From: Vicinamibacteria bacterium
GTDB taxonomy: Bacteria; Acidobacteriota; Vicinamibacteria; Marinacidobacterales; Marinacidobacteraceae
Direction: 5' to 3'
Length of the DNA stretch: 64,000 nt
Assembly: GCA_963555995.3 (NCBI GenBank)
Contig: OY821641.1
Location: 2,592,001 to 2,656,000 of the forward strand
Shown: positions 1-7,896 of the stretch, piece after piece
Position numbering within the stretch: the first letter of the stretch is position 1
How the letters are laid out: each line of letters opens with the position of its first letter
Position numbers and translations under genes: made by a program
The notes under the pieces: model-generated
Database searches by the model: none
What the model was told of the DNA's origin: nothing
Seen by the model: the letters and a program-made list of their open reading frames with translations, nothing else

Positions 1-716
1 TGAAACACGTGGAACTTGTCGAACACGATCTCCGCTTCGGTGTTCTCCCGGACCGACCGGATGTACGGCTGCGCCATGTCCATCGCCACCTGCTCAAGCT
101 CGGCACACCCTTCCGACCCCAGTTCCTCGAAGAAGCCGTCAAGAGCCGTTTGGCTCCGCCCGTCAGCGACATACAGGACGCTGCCTGCCAGATCGTTCAC
201 CACCGTCACATACTCGTGCCGCTTCTGGAAGGAGGTCTCATCCACCCCGATCCGACGGGGCGGACGGAGCTCCCGGCGCGCCAGCCCCCGCCGCACCGCC
301 CGGTGCTGGATACCCGCCACCTGACCCCACGAAAGACCGAACTGCCGCGCGACCGCCGAGGCGCTCGCTTCCAGAAGCCAGGCGATCACCAGCCCCTCGA
401 AACGGGCCGTGAATCGGGAGTTCGCATCCGCCCACGGGGGAACCACCTGTCGCACCCCATGCACCGTGCAGCGCACCCGCGGGATCTCCGCCACCAACCA
501 GGTCTGATACTGCATCGTGTCCAGATGCCGCCAGCGCCGCCGCCGCCCGTCGTGCCGCTGACCCGCCTCGCCGCACTCCGGGCACGCCAGGCGGCCTCCC
601 GTCCACACCACCATCACCTCAACCTCCTCCGTCTCGTGGCGCACCAGGACCTCCGACACCTGCCACGGGGGACGCAAGCCGAGAAGCGATTGGTAATGCT
701 GGGTGATGTACGTCAT
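1..716 (-). CDS. ISL3-family transposase (3' part outside window; missing from ORF track)
   Basis: Manual translation MTYITQHYQSLLGLRPPWQV...CPECG...RRWRHLD...PRVRC..HGV...PWA...SRFT..FE...IGVDETSFQKRHEYVTVV...VAMDM..PY...IVFDKFHV matches zf-ISL3, HTH and DDE motifs. Confidence 0.92.
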   Translation of the reverse strand, partial: MTYITQHYQSLLGLRPPWQVSEVLVRHETEEVEVMVVWTGGRLACPECGEAGQRHDGRRRRWRHLDTMQYQTWLVAEIPRVRCTVHGVRQVVPPWADANSRFTARFEGLVIAWLLEASASAVARQFGLSWGQVAGIQHRAVRRGLARRELRPPRRIGVDETSFQKRHEYVTVVNDLAGSVLYVADGRSQTALDGFFEELGSEGCAELEQVAMDMAQPYIRSVRENTEAEIVFDKFHVF

Positions 717-829
717 CACGCCAGCATAAAACGACGCCTCCCGAGCACCCTCCCGAAACCGCGCCCGCTTCCGGGAGGCGATCTACTTCCCCTGGGCGGG
801 CTGGATCTCAGCCCGGCTGCGGCCTGTTT

Positions 830-851
830 CCACACGAAACCGTGAAGAGCC
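830..851 (-). repeat. Left terminal inverted repeat of ISL3 element
   Basis: ccacacgaaaccgtgaagagcc; partner end is outside the window. Confidence 0.7.
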
Positions 852-995
852 AAACTGGGCCACCCCCGAGGGTTGGACGGCATCATGATGGTGTCTGGGG
901 CGTGGGGGTTGATCCGGGGTTCGGGGGACAAGCGGCTCTCCGAACTGGTGTTCATGGTGGAGCAATAGCCGGGTAGCGGCTCTCCGCTCCCTCCC

Positions 996-1427
996 TCAAT
1001 CGCGCTCCTGATCCCGGAACCGGTCGAGGAACGCGGCGGGGCTGAGAATCGGTATCCCGCGGAACGGGGACATATCCAGCAGGTCCAGATCGCCCGTTAC
1101 CAGGCAGTTTGCGTCCCCCATCAGCGCCGTCTCAAGCATCTTGTCGTCATCGGGGTCGCGACACCCCAGCTTGGCCCCGGCTATCGAGACGAATTCCGAG
1201 ACTGCCCGCAGTTGGGCCAGGTAGACCAGCCGGTGTTCCCGAGCTGCATACCGGTCGAACTTCGACCGAAGCAGGCGAGTCCGAAGCTCCTCGAAGGTCT
1301 CCTCGGAGAACAGCAGCACGCCGTTTTCCGCCCGGAGCACGTCCACGACCGCCCGCGGCGGGCTCTCTCGTCGAAGCGCAGCGCTGATCAGTACATTCGT
1401 GTCCAGAACAAGCCGCTCAGCTTTCAT
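996..1427 (-). CDS. PIN-domain toxin (TIGR00305-like)
   Basis: LVLDTNVLISA...CRDPDDDKMLETA...LVTGDLDLL; overlaps the upstream antitoxin. Confidence 0.9.
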   Translation of the reverse strand: MKAERLVLDTNVLISAALRRESPPRAVVDVLRAENGVLLFSEETFEELRTRLLRSKFDRYAAREHRLVYLAQLRAVSEFVSIAGAKLGCRDPDDDKMLETALMGDANCLVTGDLDLLDMSPFRGIPILSPAAFLDRFRDQERD

Positions 1428-1668
1428 CGGCCAACAGCGCGTTCAGCTCGGACTCGGTCAATCCGCGGGCGGCTGCTTCCTGACCCAGAGCGTCCATCGT
1501 CTGCGTCAGCCGTTCCCAGGCGGCGCCGCGAAGACGCTCATATTGCTGGACCGACATCACGACGCTGACGGGCCTCTCCTTCTTCGTGACGAGTACCGGG
1601 GCGCTCTGGGAGGCGTCAAGCAGACGTCCGAAGCTGTTCTTGGCCTCTCGGGCGGCGATCCTTCTCAT
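1417..1668 (-). CDS. Phd/YefM-family antitoxin
   Basis: IAAREAKNSFGRLLD...PVLVTKKERPVSVVMS. Confidence 0.9.
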   Translation of the reverse strand: MRRIAAREAKNSFGRLLDASQSAPVLVTKKERPVSVVMSVQQYERLRGAAWERLTQTMDALGQEAAARGLTESELNALLADES

Positions 1669-1744
1669 TAAGCCATTATAGCTATTAGAGCTATGTCATT
1701 CGTGATCCTCCCCTCCCTACCGCCACCGTGTTAGCCTCGATTCC

Positions 1745-2647
1745 GTGGAACGGGAATCGGGCGGCGCGGCCACGGAGACCCCGGTCGGCCCGGACGGGAA
1801 CTGGACGGAGCCGGCGCGCAGGGAGCGCAACCGGGACGCCATCCGCCGCTTCTTCGAGACCGGGGAGTACCCCTACCGGCGGAAGCTCGCCCGCCGACCG
1901 TACGAACGGCAAAAAGCCGCGCTGCAGGTCGAGCTGCTCAAGGTGCAGGACTGGGTGAAGGCGACGAACGAGAAGATCGTCGTCCTCTTCGAGGGCCGGG
2001 ACGCCGCCGGCAAGGGCGGGACCATCAAGCGGTTCACCGAGCATCTCAACCCGCGCGGCGCCCGGGTGGTCGCGCTGGAAAAGCCGACCGACGGCGAACA
2101 GACCGAGTGGTTCTTCCAGCGCTACATCCACCACCTGCCGCGGGGCGGCGAAATCGTGCTGTTCGACCGTTCCTGGTACAACCGCGCCGGCGTCGAGCGG
2201 GTCATGGGGTTCTGCGGCGGCAGGGACTACCTGGAGTTCATGCGGCAGGCACCCGAGCTGGAGCGGATGCTCGTGCGCAGCGGGATCCGACTCATCAAGT
2301 ACTGGTTCTCGGTGACCCAGGAGGAGCAGCGCCGCCGCTTCGAAGCCCGCGAGCAGGACGTGCTGAAGCGGTGGAAGATGTCGCCGATCGACCGCCAGTC
2401 CCTCAACAAGTGGGACGAGTACACGGCGGCCAAGGAGGCGATGTTCTTCTACACGGACACCGCCGACGCCCCCTGGACGATCGTCAAGTCGGACTGCAAG
2501 AAGCGCGCGCGGCTGAACTGCATGCGGCACTTCCTGGCCGCGCTGCCCTACACGAACAAGGACGAGCGCGTCGTAGGGCGTCCGGATCCGCTCATCGTCG
2601 CCAGCGCCGACCTCAGCGGCGCGGGCGAAGCGGTGCCCGGCGCCTGA
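1745..2647 (+). CDS. ppk2: Polyphosphate kinase 2
   Basis: FEGRDAAGKGGTIKR, FDRSWYNRAGVERVMGF, KKRARLN. Confidence 0.95.
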   Translation: MERESGGAATETPVGPDGNWTEPARRERNRDAIRRFFETGEYPYRRKLARRPYERQKAALQVELLKVQDWVKATNEKIVVLFEGRDAAGKGGTIKRFTEHLNPRGARVVALEKPTDGEQTEWFFQRYIHHLPRGGEIVLFDRSWYNRAGVERVMGFCGGRDYLEFMRQAPELERMLVRSGIRLIKYWFSVTQEEQRRRFEAREQDVLKRWKMSPIDRQSLNKWDEYTAAKEAMFFYTDTADAPWTIVKSDCKKRARLNCMRHFLAALPYTNKDERVVGRPDPLIVASADLSGAGEAVPGA

Positions 2648-2735
2648 CGCGGGCGGCGTGCGGGTGCCTCGCGTCGTCCGCGTCGAACAGCGCGACGAGC
2701 GCCGACGAATCCACGAAGACCGGGAGCGGCGCCAT
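2613..2735 (-). pseudogene. Truncated VapC/PIN toxin remnant (about 40 aa)
   Basis: MAPLPVFVDSSALVALFDADDARHPHAAR is a VapC N-terminus, coupled to the upstream antitoxin by a TGATG overlap; it runs into the convergent ppk2 3' end and stops. Confidence 0.75.
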
Positions 2736-3172
2736 CAGCCGCCCTCCTCCACCGCGCGGGCGAACTCCTCGTCGTGGTTCTCCGCGAGCCCGCCGCCGCC
2801 CGAGCGGTAGCGACCGATCACCGACTTCATGGCTTCGCAGTCTTCGTCGAGCCGCCGCCGGTCGGTGTCGGCATCCAGCAGTTCGCGCAGCAGCACTTCC
2901 GGAGCCACGCCGCGTTCTCCGGCCGCCTGGCGGAGCCGCTCCATGACGCCCTTCGGAGCCGTCCCGGCGACCGCCGCACCGTAGGCCGCCCGCGGTTCGG
3001 CGACCCGATCGGCGGCGGCCTCCGGCGGAGCGTCCGCCGCCCCGGACGCCGGCACGAGCCGCGCCACCGGTCGGCCCCACTTGGTGATGACCACGGGCGT
3101 CCCGGTGGCCGCGACCTCGTCCATCGTCTTCAGGCAGATGTCCTTGAACTTGCCGGCGGGAAGAGTGCGCAT
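2735..3172 (-). CDS. Phd/YefM antitoxin fused to a second VapB/RHH-like region
   Basis: N-terminal MRTLPAGKFKDICLKTMDEVAATGTPVVITKWGRPVARLVP, linker VAEPRAAYG, C-terminal ...VIGRYRSGGGGLAENHDEEF; ATG 3172 preferred over 3457. Confidence 0.75.
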   Translation of the reverse strand: MRTLPAGKFKDICLKTMDEVAATGTPVVITKWGRPVARLVPASGAADAPPEAAADRVAEPRAAYGAAVAGTAPKGVMERLRQAAGERGVAPEVLLRELLDADTDRRRLDEDCEAMKSVIGRYRSGGGGLAENHDEEFARAVEEGG

Positions 3173-3362
3173 CCGCCGATTGTAGCCATGGCCATATCTC
3201 GGCTCGCGGACCGCCAGCGCGAGACGACCGGACGCTTCCCGGCCATCTCCCGAACCCCGTACCCCCGATGGCTTTCGTGTGAGGGTAGATCGTTGAATAG
3301 CGGTCAGCCTCCCTGCAGCGCGGCGGCTAGACTTGCGTTCCGCGGAGCGAGAGACCAGCCAG

Positions 3363-3674
3363 ATGACTGAAGCGCGACTGAACGACGTTCGGGAGATCGT
3401 GGCGCAGGTGCTCGCCGAGATCTTCGGCGACACGGTGCGATTCGGACGGATCCACATGGGTTCCCTCGTGGATCACGACGGGTTCGAGTACGTGACCGCC
3501 CGCGTCATCTACGAGTCCCCGGACGAATCGCTCGATGCCAGGAAGATGGTGAGCGTCCATGGCCCCCTGAATGATCGGGTGCTGGCAATCGGGGTGGACG
3601 CCATTCCGGTCGTGTCGTACATCGCCAAGTCGGAAGAACGGGAATGGCTCGGTGATCGCGCGCAATCTGATTGA
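3363..3674 (+). CDS. Small protein, probable partner (divergent MNT-like antitoxin) of the downstream HEPN protein
   Basis: 103 aa, GSLVDHDG motif, overlaps start of the HEPN gene. Confidence 0.55.
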   Translation: MTEARLNDVREIVAQVLAEIFGDTVRFGRIHMGSLVDHDGFEYVTARVIYESPDESLDARKMVSVHGPLNDRVLAIGVDAIPVVSYIAKSEEREWLGDRAQSD

Positions 3675-4116
3675 GACCGCCCGTTCCCTGATCCCGGCCG
3701 GTCGGGGGCGGCCCCGGGAGACGGACCTTCGCCGCGCCGCGAGTACGACCTACTACGCCGCGTTCCACCGCCTCATGCAGTGCTGCGCCGACCGACTGGT
3801 CGGAACCGGTCTCGCTCGGCAAACTCCCGCCTGGAACCGCGTGTACCGAGCGTTGAACCACGCTCAGTGCGCACGGGTCCGCAGGCGGGAAGCGAGGGGT
3901 CTTTCGATCCCGGTTCGAGCGCTGACAGACCTGCTTCCGGACCTGATGGGTCGCCGACACGCCGCCGACTACGACCCCGGTGCCGACTTCACGAAGTCGG
4001 AGGTCCTCGGAGACATTGGCGCGACCGAAGCTGCGTTGGACGCGTTCGACAGATCATCGGCCAACGATCAGCGCGAGCTCGCCGTCTTCCTGCTGTTCCG
4101 CGAGCGGCCCGACTGA
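3652..4116 (+). CDS. HEPN-domain protein
   Basis: LRRAASTTYYAAFH and RRHAADYDP motifs; GTG start at 3652. Confidence 0.75.
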   Translation: MIARNLIETARSLIPAGRGRPRETDLRRAASTTYYAAFHRLMQCCADRLVGTGLARQTPAWNRVYRALNHAQCARVRRREARGLSIPVRALTDLLPDLMGRRHAADYDPGADFTKSEVLGDIGATEAALDAFDRSSANDQRELAVFLLFRERPD

Positions 4117-4175
4117 TCTCACGGCGACTGCCGTTCCCCATCACGGCCGGACCGCGGGAATGCCCGGCTTTCGGC

Positions 4176-4391
4176 CACCTCGCTGCCGGGCGGCTCCGGC
4201 GCATCCTGTTCCGGCTCCAGGAGGCGACCGACCCACGCAGCGCTGATGCGCCCGAGTTTCGGCTGCATCCGCTGAATGGCGACCGCGCGGGCGAGTGGAG
4301 TGTTCGCGTCTCCGGCAACTGGCGGGTCGTGTTCCGTTTCGAGGACAAAGAGGTCGTGGACGTGAACCTGATTGACTATCACTGTCGGTAG
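4176..4391 (+). pseudogene. higB: 5'-truncated HigB (RelE-type) toxin
   Basis: RLRRIL.RL....FRLHPLNGDRAGEWSVRVSGNWRVVFRFED..VVDVNLIDYH; no in-frame start and the usual N-terminus is absent. Confidence 0.75.
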
Positions 4392-4413
4392 AGGAGTGCC
4401 GACAAGGAACGAC

Positions 4414-4704
4414 ATGACGAACGACCGCGTCGGCCCGATGCGGAACCCGCCGCATCTCGGCGAACTGATCCGGGAGAGCATGGACGAACTGGGTTGGACC
4501 GTGACCCGGACGGCGGAGCAACTCGGCTGCGAGCGGGGCACGCTGTCACGCCTGCTGAACGGCAAGGCGGGGCTGTCGGCCGCCATGGCGCTGGCGCTGG
4601 AGGACGTCGGCTGGGGCACCGCCGACCACTGGATGCGGATGCAGGCGAGCTACGAACTCGCGCAGGCGCGCCGGGACCGGGCGTCCGCGGCGGCTACGGC
4701 CTGA
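4414..4704 (+). CDS. higA: HigA antitoxin (HTH)
   Basis: MRNPPHLGELIRE...TLSRLLNGKAGLSAAMALALE...WMRMQASYEL. Confidence 0.9.
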   Translation: MTNDRVGPMRNPPHLGELIRESMDELGWTVTRTAEQLGCERGTLSRLLNGKAGLSAAMALALEDVGWGTADHWMRMQASYELAQARRDRASAAATA

Positions 4705-4722
4705 CCGAACCGGCCGCGCGAC

Positions 4723-5058
4723 TCACCGATGGCTCGGCGCGCCCTGTCCGGCCGCGTCCGAATCGAGCGCCACTTCCGGGCGCAACTTCAGGCCCAGAGC
4801 GTCGAGGACCCGGAGAACGGTGTCGAGCGTGGGATTGCGCTCCCCCGAAAGCGCCTTGTAGAGGCTTTCGCGGGACAGGCCGGCGTCGGACGCGACCTGC
4901 GACATCCCCCGGGCGCGGGCCATATCGCCGAGCGCCTTGGCGATGAACGCGGCATCGCCGGCCGCCTCCTCCATGCAGGCTTCCAGACAGGCGGCCATTT
5001 CCTCCGGCGTGCGGAGGTGCTCGGCCACGTCGTAAGGCGTAGTAGCGGTCGTGGTCAT
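4723..5058 (-). CDS. Addiction-module antidote protein (TIGR02684-like), orphan
   Basis: YDVAEHLRTPEEMAACL...ALGDMARARGMSQVA..AGLSRESLYKALS..RNPTLDTVLRVL. Confidence 0.88.
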   Translation of the reverse strand: MTTTATTPYDVAEHLRTPEEMAACLEACMEEAAGDAAFIAKALGDMARARGMSQVASDAGLSRESLYKALSGERNPTLDTVLRVLDALGLKLRPEVALDSDAAGQGAPSHR

Positions 5059-5133
5059 GGTTCCCACCTACAGGTTTGCCGTGTGAACGCAGTCCCGCGG
5101 GTCCGCCAGGCGCCGTGATGGCGCCACCGGCTG

Positions 5134-5294
5134 GGAACGCCGGTCTCCAGACCGGCACAGCGGGCCGAAGGCCCGCGGACGTCGTACCGCTGTCTGCCGT
5201 GATGGACCAGGAGTCGAACCCATTCGTGCGGGGCAGCGTCGTGCCGTGCGCTGCGCTGTCGCGCAGCGCGTGCCGGTCTGAAGATCGGCGCTCC
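5134..5294. repeat. REP doublet (REPIN/MITE-like), about 160 bp
   Basis: ggaacgccggtctccagaccggca ... tgccggtctgaagatcggcgctcc; spacer is homologous to the reverse complement of 27219-27331. Confidence 0.85.
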
Positions 5295-5472
5295 AGACAA
5301 CCATTTTCATGACCGACGAGGTGTGCAGGAGGACCGATCATGAGGATTTCGGGGAAGGCGTAGGGCCGTCGTCCAGCGATCCGCGTAGACGTCGGACTTC
5401 CGGATCGCAACGGACGGAACGTAGCCAGAAGGCTACAGCCTGTCGAAGAGCGTCGTCTGCCGGCGTTCATCA

Positions 5473-6636
5473 CTACGCGGCCCAGTCACGCACCCACCCC
5501 ATCATCTCCTCCAGCGGAATCCCCAGGATCTCCGCCCCGCGACCCAGGGAAATGCGACCATCTTCCAGAGCCCTTCTCACCAGTCGGGAAAGGCAATCTG
5601 GCCTGAAGTCGTGCTCCGACAGCGCCACCGGCTCGCTGGCGCGACTCCAGTTCCACGCGAACTCACTCTCCTGGAGCGCTTCCGGCTCATCCCGCTTTCC
5701 CGGAGTCCTTCCGAAGCGACTCCGGTGCTGCGTCTGGAATCTGCCCCAGACATCGCGACTCTCGCGGTCCGTCGTGACGAGCCGGTAGAGCACGGTCCTG
5801 TAGCTGACCCGGAACGTCCGCTTCACTGCGAGAACGCGCACCAGCAGCGGGTACCCGCGAGTGGCCTCCCACTCGACGGCGAAGGCCTCCTCCGGCATCA
5901 GGAACTCGCTGGCAAAGGCGTCCGCATCGGCCTCGGCCTTCCGTGGAAGGTCGGTTTGTTCGCTCCGGAATTCCCCCGGATGGAGAAGCAGATGCCCCAG
6001 TTCGTGGGCAGCCGTGAAGATCCAGCGCTCCACCGAGATCCGGTCCCAGACGTTGACCACCACCGCCGGACCACCGTCCTCCGGCCCCACGCTCAGCCCG
6101 AAGAACGAGTCACGCTTCTTGTCCAGCAAGAGGACCTTGACGCCGCTGTCTTCGAGCAACCGGCAGATGTTGGCGACCGGCGCCCGGGACCCGAGCCCCG
6201 CCGCCCGTCGCACGGCTCTCGCGACCTCCGCGGGAGGCCTGACGCCGTTTGACGCGACCAGTTCCTGAAACCGGAACGGCTGCGTTTCGTTCAGTTCCGC
6301 CTCCAGCCAGACGTAGGCGTCCAGCCTCGCCGAGACTTCCGCGAGCGTCTGCTCTCGCCCGTACATCGTCGAGTGAGCGCGGAAGCGGGCACTCCGAAGC
6401 GGCCGCACGGGGATGACCAGATCCCGGACCGGAACCCCAAGGGCCCGCGCCAGCCCGGCGAGCGTCCCCGCGCGGGGCACAACAACGCCACGCTCGATCT
6501 TCCCGATGGCGACCCGGGACACCCCAACCTGCTCGGCGAGCGCGGCCTGGGTCAGCCGCCGGTCCAGCCGCAGCCGGGCGACGTTCGCAGCGATCGCGGT
6601 CTCTTGAGACATGGCCCCTCGCTTGACAAGCTCCAT
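5473..6636 (-). CDS. XRE-family HTH fused to ImmA/IrrE metallopeptidase
   Basis: N-terminal HTH LTQAALAEQVGVSRVAIGKIERG; FTAAHELGH zinc motif; E.DADAFASEFLMP; start may be 6612. Confidence 0.92.
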   Translation of the reverse strand: MELVKRGAMSQETAIAANVARLRLDRRLTQAALAEQVGVSRVAIGKIERGVVVPRAGTLAGLARALGVPVRDLVIPVRPLRSARFRAHSTMYGREQTLAEVSARLDAYVWLEAELNETQPFRFQELVASNGVRPPAEVARAVRRAAGLGSRAPVANICRLLEDSGVKVLLLDKKRDSFFGLSVGPEDGGPAVVVNVWDRISVERWIFTAAHELGHLLLHPGEFRSEQTDLPRKAEADADAFASEFLMPEEAFAVEWEATRGYPLLVRVLAVKRTFRVSYRTVLYRLVTTDRESRDVWGRFQTQHRSRFGRTPGKRDEPEALQESEFAWNWSRASEPVALSEHDFRPDCLSRLVRRALEDGRISLGRGAEILGIPLEEMMGWVRDWAA

Positions 6637-6667
6637 AGTTATCTTATCTACATAGCCTGTGAAAACG

Positions 6668-7810
6668 ATGCTCCATAGAGAGACTCAGAACGCCGACTAC
6701 ACTCGGGACCAGAGAGATCCCGCCGTGCCGTATCCCCAACCGACCTTCCCTCGCGCCGAGGTGGACGCCGCCGGGAGAGTCCTCACGGAGACCCCGACCG
6801 CGGACGCAACCGCGGGCGCGGCGCGACAGCGGGCAAGGGAGCTGGTGGACGACTGGCGGGCTTCCCACGCCCATCCGCTGGTCACGTTCCGCGTTCTTCT
6901 GGAGGAGCGCGCCCGCCGCATCGCCCCGGAGGCGCTGGTGGCGCAGCGGCTGAAGCGCCTCGCCTCTGTGGAAGCGAAGCTCCGCCGGTTCCCCTGGATG
7001 AAGGTCTCGCGGATGCAGGACCTCGGCGGCTGCCGGGCCATCCTCCCGTCCGTGCGGGAGGTGCGGGAACTCGTCGAGACCTGCCGACAGGGCCGCGAGG
7101 AACACGAGTTCGTCAAGGAATCCGACTACCTCGAGCAGCCGAAGCGCAACGGCTATCGCAGCGTCCATCGCGTCTATCGCTACCGCTCCCGGGCGGGCCG
7201 GAACGCGGCCTGGAACGGGCATCGGATCGAGATCCAGATCCGGTCCCGCCTGCAGCACGCCTGGGCGACTGCGGTGGAGACGGTGGACGCCCTGACCGGC
7301 ACCCGACTGAAGACGAGCGGCCCCGCGAACGGCCTCTGGGACCGCTTCTTCGCGCTCATGGGGAGCGTCTTCGCCATTGAAGAAGGGTGCCCGCCAGTGC
7401 CAGAGACTCCCGCAACGCGGTCCGAACTGCGGGATGAGGTCCGGGACCTCGTTCGGGCGCTTGACGTGGAGGGCGCGCTCTTCGGTCTGGGGAGCACCAT
7501 CCAGAATGTTCGACTGCCCGCCGACGCCGCGTGGTTCCTGATGAGCCTGGACGCCGCCGGCCGGAAGGTGTTCATCCGCAGCTACGGCCAGCGGCAGTTT
7601 TCCACCGCCCAGGCCGAGTACCTCAGGCTCGAAGCAGAGTACGAAGGCAGGCCCGGGTTCCAGGCGTGCCTCCTGTCCACGGACTCGGCGAAAGCCCTTC
7701 GGCAGGCGTATCCCAACTACTTCCTCGATGTCAGCGCGTTCTCCGAGTCGCTGAACCGGTTTCTCGACGGCCCGGACGATCGGGCCTCCGAGTACCAGCG
7801 TGCTTCCTGA
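6668..7810 (+). CDS. capRel: Small alarmone synthetase-domain protein, fused CapRel-like toxin-antitoxin
   Basis: QRLKRL.S...KL.R, MQDLGGCR, DY...PK.NGYRSVH, IEIQIRSRLQHAWATAVE; C-terminal YPNY (YxxY) motif; about 380 aa. Confidence 0.75.
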   Translation: MLHRETQNADYTRDQRDPAVPYPQPTFPRAEVDAAGRVLTETPTADATAGAARQRARELVDDWRASHAHPLVTFRVLLEERARRIAPEALVAQRLKRLASVEAKLRRFPWMKVSRMQDLGGCRAILPSVREVRELVETCRQGREEHEFVKESDYLEQPKRNGYRSVHRVYRYRSRAGRNAAWNGHRIEIQIRSRLQHAWATAVETVDALTGTRLKTSGPANGLWDRFFALMGSVFAIEEGCPPVPETPATRSELRDEVRDLVRALDVEGALFGLGSTIQNVRLPADAAWFLMSLDAAGRKVFIRSYGQRQFSTAQAEYLRLEAEYEGRPGFQACLLSTDSAKALRQAYPNYFLDVSAFSESLNRFLDGPDDRASEYQRAS

Positions 7811-7896
7811 CCCCATCTGAAGGCGCAACGCTGCTATCGAGAGCCGCTTCGAGTACAACACCACGGACCAGAACCTCCCGCCCCCCTGCTGACCCG

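Larger units (their letters stand above)
1..851 (-). mobile_element. ISL3-family insertion sequence, left part (continues beyond window start)
   Basis: Minus strand begins GGCTCTTCACGGTTTCGTGTGG at 851, an ISL3-type GGCTCT end, and the transposase ORF follows about 135 bp inside. Confidence 0.85.

Noticed and set aside
9-845. 278-aa plus-strand ORF
   Set aside because: Antisense shadow of the ISL3 transposase
5205-5225. tRNA T-arm-like GGGTTCGACTCC on the minus strand
   Set aside because: Inside a REP doublet, no cloverleaf, and not preserved in sister copies
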